DNA from: Promethearchaeota archaeon
Lineage (GTDB): Archaea > Asgardarchaeota > Lokiarchaeia > Sigyniarchaeales > SOKP01
Assembly: GCA_019058015.1 (NCBI GenBank)
Contig: JAHLWH010000112.1
Coordinates: 1 to 22,768 of the forward strand
Length of the DNA stretch: 22,768 bases
Direction: 5' to 3'
Positions 1 through 9,800 of the stretch are shown here, piece by piece. Each line of letters opens with the position of its first letter. The stretch's first letter is position 1. The notes beneath the pieces were generated by a model that worked only from the letters and a program-made list of their open reading frames with translations, ran no database searches and was not told the origin of the DNA. Both the position numbers and the translations under genes were made by a program.

Positions 1-2
1 GT

Positions 3-473
3 GATACACCTGTCCTTATCACAGGTGTGGGTCAAGCAACAGATACTCATATCGTTTATGAACGTGAAGATCTAACTGTCTTGAAGGCACTTCAAATCTG
101 CTCAAAACAAGCATATGATATGGCTAAAAAAATACCTGGAGATATTGATGTATGTGAAGCCCATGACGCATTTACTATACTAGAAGCGATCCAGAGTGAA
201 GATTTGGGATTCTTCAAAAAAGGTGAAGGCGCTAAAGCCGCGTATGAGGGATTAACGGAAATTGGCGGAGTAATTCCTATTAATCCTTCAGGTGGTTTAA
301 AAGCAAGAGGGCATCCTTTGGGAGCAACAGGAGTTGCTCAAGTTGTGGAATTATTTTGGCAATTACGTAATGAAGCAGGGAAAAGGCAGGTACAAAATGC
401 TCAAACAGGTATAACATGTAATTTTGGCGGATTTGGAAATAATATTGTGAGTATATTAGTGGAGAGGATGTGA
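3..473 (+). CDS. Thiolase (acetyl-CoA C-acetyltransferase, archaeal/SCP2-type), C-terminal part; 5'-partial at window edge
   Basis: Frame is open from base 3 (DTPVLITGVGQ...). Motifs CEAHDAF and NPSGGLKARGHPLGATG are typical thiolase C-domain signatures. Overlaps a DUF35 gene. Confidence 0.93.
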   Translation, partial: DTPVLITGVGQATDTHIVYEREDLTVLKALQICSKQAYDMAKKIPGDIDVCEAHDAFTILEAIQSEDLGFFKKGEGAKAAYEGLTEIGGVIPINPSGGLKARGHPLGATGVAQVVELFWQLRNEAGKRQVQNAQTGITCNFGGFGNNIVSILVERM

Positions 474-829
474 AATCTGTGAGTGATACTACTATTGTTT
501 GGAAAAAATGTAAAAAATGTGGGAAACTTCAACATCCTGACCATCTCCGGTGTATCCAATGTAAAAATATAACATTTAATATAGTGAAATCTTCTGGGGA
601 TTGCAAATTATTAACTTATACAATTCTTAATGCACCTCCTTCTGAATACCGCGATAAAAAATCTTACGCTATTGGTGTTGTAGAATACTCAAATGGATTA
701 AAAGCGATTGGACAAATAATAAGGTCGGAGAATCTTAAGATTGGAATGAAATTAACACCCGAGTTCAAAAAATTAACAGAAGATTTAGATGGACAAAAGA
801 TTTATGGAGTCATATTTAAACCTATTTAA
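470..829 (+). CDS. DUF35 family Zn-ribbon/OB-fold protein (thiolase-associated scaffold)
   Basis: CKKCG...CIQC Zn ribbon followed by an OB-fold segment (LLTYTIL...YAIGVVE...LKIGM). Directly after thiolase, the classic archaeal pairing. The start may be GTG 479. Confidence 0.9.
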   Translation: MKSVSDTTIVWKKCKKCGKLQHPDHLRCIQCKNITFNIVKSSGDCKLLTYTILNAPPSEYRDKKSYAIGVVEYSNGLKAIGQIIRSENLKIGMKLTPEFKKLTEDLDGQKIYGVIFKPI

Positions 830-946
830 TTAAAAAAATGAATTCTTTTTGGTACTGTTATTATTCTTTACATCATCTATAATTCTTTATTGGAGAATTC
901 TTATTTTTGAAAAAAAATTTAAGGAATAAATTTGATAAGAATAATT

Positions 947-1549
947 ATGAGTGAAAAAAATAAAGCAACTTATGTTGATATATTTGAAAAGATACTAAAA
1001 AGTTCAGATATTTGCTACATAAGAAATTATAGCACTCAACCACAACCATTTATGGGCTTAAACTTAGAAAATTTTGATTTTATTGCATTTAATGCGTTAG
1101 ATGTAGATAAAAAATATGTGATTGATGTAATTGGATTTGATTATCCTAATCCCTACGAAAGAGGTGATATTGCATATGAGATTGATGCAAAAATACCTCA
1201 AAGTTCAATAGATGATAATAGAAAAAATATCGAACATATGATTTTTTGGCAGAACTTATTTAGCGGAAGTTTTAAAAGTCTTTTAGCATTCTTTTATGAA
1301 TTTAAGGATAAAACCTCTGAAGAAAAATATAAATCCATAATGAAAGATAAGGTAGAAATAGTAGAATATGAAGAAGAAACAAACCTACGTAAATTTGGTT
1401 TGAATGTTATTAAAGGCGATGATTATCTCTCTTATATTAATATGAATGAAATTGATCCTGTTAATATAAAATTGAAGCCTGGAGATGGCCCAAACATTCT
1501 AACTAAATTGAGTGATTTTTTACCTATTGAAAATTTTAATATTTCTTAA
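947..1549 (+). CDS. Hypothetical soluble protein
   Basis: ~200-codon open frame with normal composition. ATG 947 (MSEKNK) is preferred over TTG 932. No recognisable motif. Confidence 0.7.
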   Translation: MSEKNKATYVDIFEKILKSSDICYIRNYSTQPQPFMGLNLENFDFIAFNALDVDKKYVIDVIGFDYPNPYERGDIAYEIDAKIPQSSIDDNRKNIEHMIFWQNLFSGSFKSLLAFFYEFKDKTSEEKYKSIMKDKVEIVEYEEETNLRKFGLNVIKGDDYLSYINMNEIDPVNIKLKPGDGPNILTKLSDFLPIENFNIS

Positions 1550-1555
1550 ACAAAA

Positions 1556-2575
1556 TTAGATCAAAATACTTACAGGCTCTCCTAAAAACTGTTTTATATA
1601 ATTAAATTGTTTCCTTATAGTTGTAGCACTAAAATCAGAAACTTTTTCATCTGCTATTATTTTTTGTGTAAAAATTTTTTTAAAAGGGCTAATTTGTGCA
1701 ATATAATAAATGAATCCCGCAGTAAAGGCTTTTATATTCACACTATTGATAAATTTGTAAGGAATAAGTTTTAATACCTTAAAAGCCAGAAGTTGCATCT
1801 GAATTTTCATATTCTCAAATTTTTCTTCGCTTTCAATATAATAGCTGACTAAATGATATGGAATTCTGTTTATTTCTCTATTGAATAGAAACTTAATTTG
1901 TTCTTTTAATTTCTTTTCTAATTCTAATTTCAGTCGTTTTTTTTCCTTTTTTATGGATTTCAACACATCATCCTTATCTTTTTTTTTCTTTACTTTAATA
2001 GTAGATACTTTAATCAAAGCGTTATTTAGCATTTTTTTATTAATTTTATGCCCCATTTCATTACAAATTTCTATATATCTTTCAATTCTAATGTTTGTTA
2101 AGTCTTTTATTTCATCCCAGATAATTGTAAAAAATATTAAAATCATATTTTGAAAGGGTTTTTTAAAGTTCTTCAAATAAGTAAGATATTTCTTTTTAAT
2201 TGATTCAAATTGGACAGAACCAATGTGAATATTATGATTTTTAAGTAAATCAATCTCACTTTTTTGACGAGCAAAATTAGTTTTTGAATCTTTATACCAT
2301 TTGCCGAGTTTTTTAATCTTATCATATTTTAGTTTTATTATTGGGTCTTGTAAAGCTGCTTTATCTAATTTTTTAATGCGATATTCATAAATGCGTTGTC
2401 GATTTTCTAATTCACTGGAGTATGGGAAATTATCTTTAAATATTGTAACATCCTCACTTAATACCAAACCACAATCCTTACAAACGATAAGACCTCTTTC
2501 CCTTAATAAATTCTTATGAGAACATGAATTGATGTCTTTTTTTACCGGATCTAACTTACTGCCTTTTTTTTGCAT
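1556..2575 (-). CDS. Divergent transcription factor B (TFB/TFIIB-like) paralogue
   Basis: N-terminal Zn ribbon CSH...GLIVCKDCGLVL. C-terminal cyclin-fold/HTH signature AGFIYYIA...FTQKIIA...FSATTIRKQF matches the TFB TQxxIA...TIR motif. Confidence 0.78.
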   Translation of the reverse strand: MQKKGSKLDPVKKDINSCSHKNLLRERGLIVCKDCGLVLSEDVTIFKDNFPYSSELENRQRIYEYRIKKLDKAALQDPIIKLKYDKIKKLGKWYKDSKTNFARQKSEIDLLKNHNIHIGSVQFESIKKKYLTYLKNFKKPFQNMILIFFTIIWDEIKDLTNIRIERYIEICNEMGHKINKKMLNNALIKVSTIKVKKKKDKDDVLKSIKKEKKRLKLELEKKLKEQIKFLFNREINRIPYHLVSYYIESEEKFENMKIQMQLLAFKVLKLIPYKFINSVNIKAFTAGFIYYIAQISPFKKIFTQKIIADEKVSDFSATTIRKQFNYIKQFLGEPVSILI

Positions 2576-2711
2576 CCTATTCTTTAATTTTATTATAAAT
2601 ATTTTTATGTTAAAATAACTAATTTTAAAATCAATATATTTTTTTATATTAGATATCCTCTATATTAATTCTATAAAAAAAATTATTGCTAAGAAAAGAA
2701 AAAAAAATAGG

Positions 2712-2945
2712 TTGAAATTTATGGAACTTATGCCCCATGCGAAACATTTTACAATAATTGGTATGATTATTTTAGTTTCTTGTTTTATATATGTAGAATT
2801 TCTATATCTAACTGTTGGTTTATTAATCATCCCTATGGTTATTGCATGTGTGTTAGCTGTATGCGGGATGGTCATTACAGCTATTGGAATAAAACAATTT
2901 ATTATAATAAAAAATTTAGAAGAAACAAAAAATTTGAAGAAATAA
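2712..2945 (+). CDS. Small membrane protein (2 predicted TM helices)
   Basis: Two hydrophobic stretches and a basic C-tail. Fills the gap between the TFB and PCI genes. The start may be ATG 2721. Confidence 0.6.
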   Translation: MKFMELMPHAKHFTIIGMIILVSCFIYVEFLYLTVGLLIIPMVIACVLAVCGMVITAIGIKQFIIIKNLEETKNLKK

Positions 2946-3013
2946 GTAAAAAATTAAAGCATAGAGAAATCACTTTTTTAATTTCTTTTATTTTAATTAT
3001 TCAAAAACACCTT

Positions 3014-3775
3014 TTAATCCTTAATAGTATCAATTAACCTCTGTTTTTCATTATTATTTGCCAATGTATTAAATAAAATTAATTTTCTACGTGGAATATA
3101 TTCAGCGTATAATTCTGATTTATCAATCATACTGAAAATCATTTCAATTAGGAATTCTTTATCCTTAATTCCAGATTGTTCAGAAAGTTCATCGATTCTT
3201 AATCGTTTGAATTTTGTTCCTATTTCCATTAAAGACTTCTTTTTTTCTTGAATTCCCCTTTTTTCTATAAACCTATTGATATAAGATATTTTAGAATCAA
3301 TCTTATTAATAAATCTTTGAGAAAAATTTTCTTTTAATGAAATCGTTTTATAATTGATTAACTTTTCAAAGTCTTTTTTTAAATTACTCGTAGTTTTGCT
3401 CTCTTTAAATGGGATTAAATCTAAAAAGCTATTAATTTCATTTTTAAGATTTTCAATTCTTATTCTCTCTTTCAAATCTTCTTGTTTAATCTTTTCTCTT
3501 TCCTCTCTCTCTTTCTTTTCTTTCTCCTGCCTTTCTTTATCAATTTTCTCTTGTTCGATTCTTTCTCTTTCTGTTTTTTGTTTCTCTCTCTTAATTTTTT
3601 CAATTTCCTCTAAATCAGTTTTTTCCATTCGCTCTTTTTCAGGCTTTTGAATTTTTGGAACTTCTATTAATTTTGGCTTCCCAATCATCATTCTACCACA
3701 TGAAGTGCAGAAATTCCAATTTGGTTTAAGTGGTGCTCCACAAAATTTACAATAATTAATTTTTTTTTTACTCAT
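3014..3775 (-). CDS. Zn-ribbon + charged coiled coil + C-terminal PCI-like winged-helix protein
   Basis: CKFCG...FCTSCG ribbon, an E/K/R-rich coiled coil, and a C-terminus LMEIGTKFKRLRIDELSEQSG...MIDKSELYAEY resembling the PCI-type winged helix I recall from Lokiarchaeia proteins. Confidence 0.75.
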   Translation of the reverse strand: MSKKKINYCKFCGAPLKPNWNFCTSCGRMMIGKPKLIEVPKIQKPEKERMEKTDLEEIEKIKREKQKTERERIEQEKIDKERQEKEKKEREEREKIKQEDLKERIRIENLKNEINSFLDLIPFKESKTTSNLKKDFEKLINYKTISLKENFSQRFINKIDSKISYINRFIEKRGIQEKKKSLMEIGTKFKRLRIDELSEQSGIKDKEFLIEMIFSMIDKSELYAEYIPRRKLILFNTLANNNEKQRLIDTIKD

Positions 3776-3803
3776 AAATTCTCGTTTCTAATCAAATTCA
3801 TTA

Positions 3804-6800
3804 TTACATAAAATTAAAAATTCCAGAAATTTGCAAATAAAGTAAAATCCCTGTTAAAATAATTAAACAAATAAATATTAATGTGGTAAAAAATCTCCAT
3901 TTTATTGAGATACGGCCTCGTTTTTCTTCACGATAAATAAAAAACAATAAAATTGCACCAAAGACAATGATTGAGAAAAGTATTAAAAATATATTGGGAG
4001 GTATGAAGCCAAATAAAGTTCCAATAACTGAGCCATAAATAATACAATAATATATCATTTTTACCCGGAAACTACTTTCAGGGTCCCCACTAGCTATCTC
4101 ATGCATAATTGGATAAGCCAATAAAAATGAAACAACCAAATCAACTGGCAAAGCATGAAACCAAGCTAAGTTTAGTGGGGGTATTCCAATATTTTCTTCT
4201 AATAAGATAAATATTACTATAAAAATGATGATAATAATTATCCCCCAAATGTATATCCAACTTTTCTTTAAGAAATCAATAAATCTATTATAAGCATTTA
4301 AAATTGCGATTTTTATCGAATTAAAGAAATTTACAATTATCATCTTTAACGCTCTGAACTTTCTCAAAAGATAATCGACTATTTTACCAAATTGTTCTTT
4401 CAATTCTTCAAAAAAGAATATAAATGGATATAATAGAAGGGTAATTACAAAGAATACTGTACTCCAAATATAGGATAAAGAAAAATAATAAACAATTACG
4501 CTTAATGATAAGAAAGTAGCAATCCAAAAGAGAAGTGCTCGTAATGAATGTTTTTTAAATGGTTTAATATCAATAGCAAGAAAAGTTAAAAGAATCAACA
4601 TAGCTACACTTAAATTAAATGGCCAATTTGTTATGTAGGGTTGTAATAAAAGTCCTAAATATAGAAAACAATTTAAAGAGAGTAAGAATCCAAGAAAGAG
4701 AAATGATATTCTTCTAAGATTTAATCTTAACTTCTCTTCAAAGACTCCGATGTTGATATCGACATAACACAAAACAAATAATATTACTGAAGAAAGAATA
4801 ATCAAATTAAGGATAACTAAAAGATCTAAACTAGTGAAATATAAAGGCCAAGATATGAAATTTATGTATAAAACAAATAACAAGAATCTTTTAATCTTAT
4901 TTTTATTAGTTCTGATTATTTCTATATTCCGTAATAAATAAAACAAGTAATAGAATTCAATTATTAGGAATATTATTATTAATGGGATAAATGCAACGAA
5001 AAATGTAAAGATCCAATCTATAAACATTATGGGAGATATCATTATCAATATCCAGGAAACAATTTTAATAGAATCTGACCATTTTGATAGTAAGAATTTA
5101 AATAAATATAGATCAATTATCATCATAAGATGAACCACAATACTTAATAGCATTATTTGAGATTCAATTGGTGCAAAACCTAATGCTCTTTGAATAAAAA
5201 TAAATAAAAATAGATAAAATATCAATCCTATAATTCCTTGGACGAATAATTTCTTATCATTAAGGGTTTCGATTTTTTTATAAAATCTAGACATAATAAA
5301 AAACTGCTTAAGTGTTGAAAACAATGCATAATTAGTATAAAATTGCATTGTAAAAAATAAAAATAAATTAAACCAGAGAAGGTCTGGGTTGATTAGTAAA
5401 AATTGGTTTAAAAATAAGAGTAAAAATATAGATAATAACAAATAACTTAGTGTATGAATTAAATACCCATATCTTTTCCTAAAATTCTTTATAATATATA
5501 GTTCGAATATTGATAATAAAAAGAGTGTTATTAAAGAAATTAATGAACTTCCAAGAAATCCAAAACTCTCAAATAGATTGTAAATTAATAGTATTAACTC
5601 AATATATAAACAAAATATAATCAGTGAATATCCTTTTGCTTTAAAATCAAGATATTTTTCTTTAAAATATAATTGATTTACTAAATATATTGAGTAAAAT
5701 GAAAATGCACTCTCAATTATTAGTAATAAGCTTATATTGAAAAAATTTAGAAGTAGAAATGTCTCAAAAATTGTAATCCAATACATTGCGAAAAGAATTT
5801 GAATTAAAATAAAAAGAAGAAATTCAATCTGGAGAACAAATTTAATTTGAACTATTTTATTATAAATTAAGTTTGAAAAGAATAATAACACTGCAGATAA
5901 TAATAAGAAAAGTAATGTGGTTGGATAACCAATCAATAATTCATTAATACCTAAAATTAAATTGGATATTAATGATGCAAAATAAAATGAATTCATTATA
6001 AGAATAGAATAAATCAAACAAACCCTTAGGAAAGAGCTTATTTTTTTATATTTTACATCCATTTGGGATAGAAAATATGTTGATATCAGATTTAATAGAG
6101 ATAATGTTAATAATAAAAGAAAAATATCCAAATGGAAAAGATATAGATATATAGAAAATAAATTACATCCAACAAACCAAGACCAAAGTATTATCTGATT
6201 CCTTATTTTTGGAATCAAATATTTAAAAAGATACTTATCAATAACATAACTCTCGAAAAATACCATACTACTTGCTAATAAAGATATAAAAAATAATGAA
6301 TACAAAATTTCAACCTCAATCTCTATTAGAAAAATCAAAACATTAAGGAGAATAGCGGTTGGAAGAATGCAATATAAAAATAAACTCAATCCATTCAAAA
6401 ATTTTGTTAATGGTTTGACTTTTAATTTAATTCCAGATAATTCTATATATTTCAAAGAGCATAATAATAATGTTGACCAAATTATTAAAAATTCAAAAAT
6501 CTGATTATACCAAGAAATTGGAGTAAGAACTGAAATCCATATCGATATAAATAAAGAATTAATGATAAAACATATAGAATTTAGAATTCTTAATATGAGA
6601 TCTTTCTGAATTATTTCTAAATATTCATTTTTAATTTTAATTCTTCCTTTTTTGACCAAATTACTGAATAAATTAATTATGACCTGCAAAAAACTAAAAT
6701 AGACCATTAACCATGTTATAATTCCGATAGTATGAATTATTGGAATAAATAATAGGAATGCTTGAATAAGAAAAGTTAGAGGAAATGGAACTAGAAACAA

Positions 6801-9800
6801 TAATACAAATCTATATTTATCTAAAAGGGGATAGAAAAATAAAATTAACACTGAACTAAAAATGAAACAAATAAACATTGGAGACCCTTGAATAAAAGGA
6901 AATAATAATGACGTAATTGTCAAAGAAGTTCCAAACGCCATAATTGTCCAGGGAATTGCTTTATTAAAACTAAAAATCATTTTTTCATATCGATTAAAAA
7001 CGAAGAAGGTACCTCCAAATATTGCAATTGCAAAAAATATAGAAAATAGTTCAAATCCTGGTATAATAAAAAACGAGAAAAGTGTTAATAAAGAGAAATT
7101 AATAATGAATATAATCGAAATAACAAAATGAACATATTTTTTGTTTAATTTCAGATATTTTGATGAAAACATGCTAAATCCTAAAATGATAAAGGAAATA
7201 TTGACAGCGATAAATGGATTGAGAAGAATCGCATGTAAAATAAAATAAATTAATAAAAACATTCCAAGCAAAAATGTTATATAGGAAAAAATAAGTATTG
7301 TAATTTTACTTCTTATCATAGGAAAATACGAATAAATCATGGAAAATAACCCTATAGCGATAAGAACAATGGATGTAATAATCTCGGGCAACATATTTAA
7401 AAATATTAAATAGAAAATTAAAAACACAATATTGATTCCACTTAAAAGAATCCATAATTTTGAAAGAACCTTCCAATACTTTAATTTGTAGATTATTGGC
7501 ATTAATAAAAAGATTGAAATTATTGTAAAAGAAAGATAAGTGAGAAGAAAGTTCTCTCCAAATATATTAAAGACAATCCATGCAACCAATCCAAAGCTTT
7601 CAATCCAGAAGAATAATAAAATTAGACCAAAGTGTGCCTTAATTTTTGTGTATAGAACTGGTAAATACAATAATGAAGAAATTAAGATTGAAATGATTAA
7701 TGACCCGTTAAAATCTAATGTTCCAAAAAATGTAATTGCATTAGTATATATATCGATATCAAGGAATATTCTATAAATTACGACAAAATTAACAATAGGA
7801 AATAAATTCCACAGCCACCATCCTGCTTTCCAAATTGCCCATGATATCTTCCATTTATAAATTCCAATTGAAATGTAAAAAAGAAAAATTCCTAGATTTA
7901 ATGAGATAATTAGAGGAAAAGGTTCTTCAAGGGGAATTGGTAAATAGTATGTAAGTAAAAAAAATAAGAATGTTGGAAGCGATATAGCAATTGCAGTTAA
8001 AAATGTATAGAATGAATATTTTCTATATTTCTCAGGAATTTCATTAAATAATAAAACAAATCCGAATCCTGTTATGCTTAAGGTAAAAGTAAAAATTAAA
8101 ATATTATTAATTAAATCATCTACAGGGAGTATAAACAAAAATTGATAAGAAAAGTAGCTAATTATATCAAAAATAATTAATACAATTAAAGTTTTCTTAT
8201 ACAAATGATAATTTTTATCGCCAATACGACGAAGGAAAACGGAATAAAAGAATAAAATTATTCCAAGCGAAATAGTGATATTATATAATAATAAAATATG
8301 AGTGAAAGTTAAGAAAAAGACAAAAGATATTGCAGAAATTGATCCATACAAAATAAATTCTTCAAGATGGGAATGCTCTTTGAGGTTTAAAATTATGGCG
8401 AAAAATAATACACAAGATAAAGATACTAAATATTCTATAATAAAAAATCCTAGAGGGATCGGCTCAAAAACAGAGAAATCAAAACCTGAATATATATGAA
8501 ACATTAGATAAAATCTTAAAAATGTGATATAACTAAGTAAGAAAATATTTAAAACTCTTAAAATCAAATTTTCATTTCTAACGCGAAAAATTATAATATA
8601 AAGAGGAAAGAGAAAAATGAAAGAAATAAGGGGCTCTATATAAAGAAGACTGATGAAAAGCAATAAATTGAGGGAAAATAATTCAATTAATCGAAATTTG
8701 GACTTTTTTATTTTTAGAGAATAATTTTTTATGAAACAGTAATTAAAAAAAATAAAAATGTTCACACATAGAGTTCCAATTAAAATAATTGGATTTTCAT
8801 TAAAGAATGAAAAATTTATTGCAAACCCCCAAAATACTTCAATAAAAAATACAAGCAATGAACCGATAAACGTAATAATAGTGATATTTTCTATAAGTAT
8901 TATGTTCTTATCCAATGAAATTCTTGCTTTTTTTAGATATGAAATGGTTATTGGTGATAAAATCGAGAAAATTGCAATAAAAAATGTGATTTTGTTAAGA
9001 ATTGAAAATGGAAAATAATATGAAATCAAGAGAATAAGAACTATTTTTACATATAACCAAGAGACTAATTCAATAATTTCTTTTACTTTGAAAAGTTCAA
9101 ATCTAAGAATTAATTCGCTTATCTTAAATAAAATTAAAATTGATGAGAAAAATGAAAGAAAATATATAGCATAATTCAATAAAGCAAGATCTGGTGGAAA
9201 TATAATTATTAAACTAATAAAATTGTGAAATAACAACATCACTAGGTAAGATAACGTAAAAGTAGACCCCAAAAAAATTATGTTATAGCATGTTTTTAAA
9301 GATCTACTACTGATAATTCCCAGTTTTTGCATCTTTTTTAATGTATAAATATTAAAAAAGAAAAAAATCAAAATCGATATTGAAATTAAAAACTCATTAA
9401 TTATAATTGAAAGAAAAATTACTGACGTTGAAATAGAAATTAAAAACCAAACATATATCTGTGATTTACTTATTAACCTCTGATTAACTTCTTTATATTT
9501 ATAACGAACAGATATATATTCTAATAATTTCAAAAAGCCAAATATCAAAAATAGCGTACAATTTAAATCAATTAAAATAAGAAATATACTAAAAAGAATT
9601 AACCCTGTATTTAACATATCCAATATGATAATCGTAGGAAGAATAATAACAGAAACCGATAAAAGGATATTATCTATTGCAATTAATTTTTTAAGCCAAT
9701 TCTCATGAATTAATTTTTTATAAAAAATATAATAAATTGGAAGATATAAAATAATACATGACGAAATCACAGGAACAGTTAATAAATAATAAGTTCCGTA

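Noticed and set aside
1881-3650. Track ORFs 1881..2153, 2660..2875, 2780..3037 and 3354..3650
   Set aside because: Antisense or alternate-frame shadows of better-supported genes, with low-complexity or non-protein-like translations.
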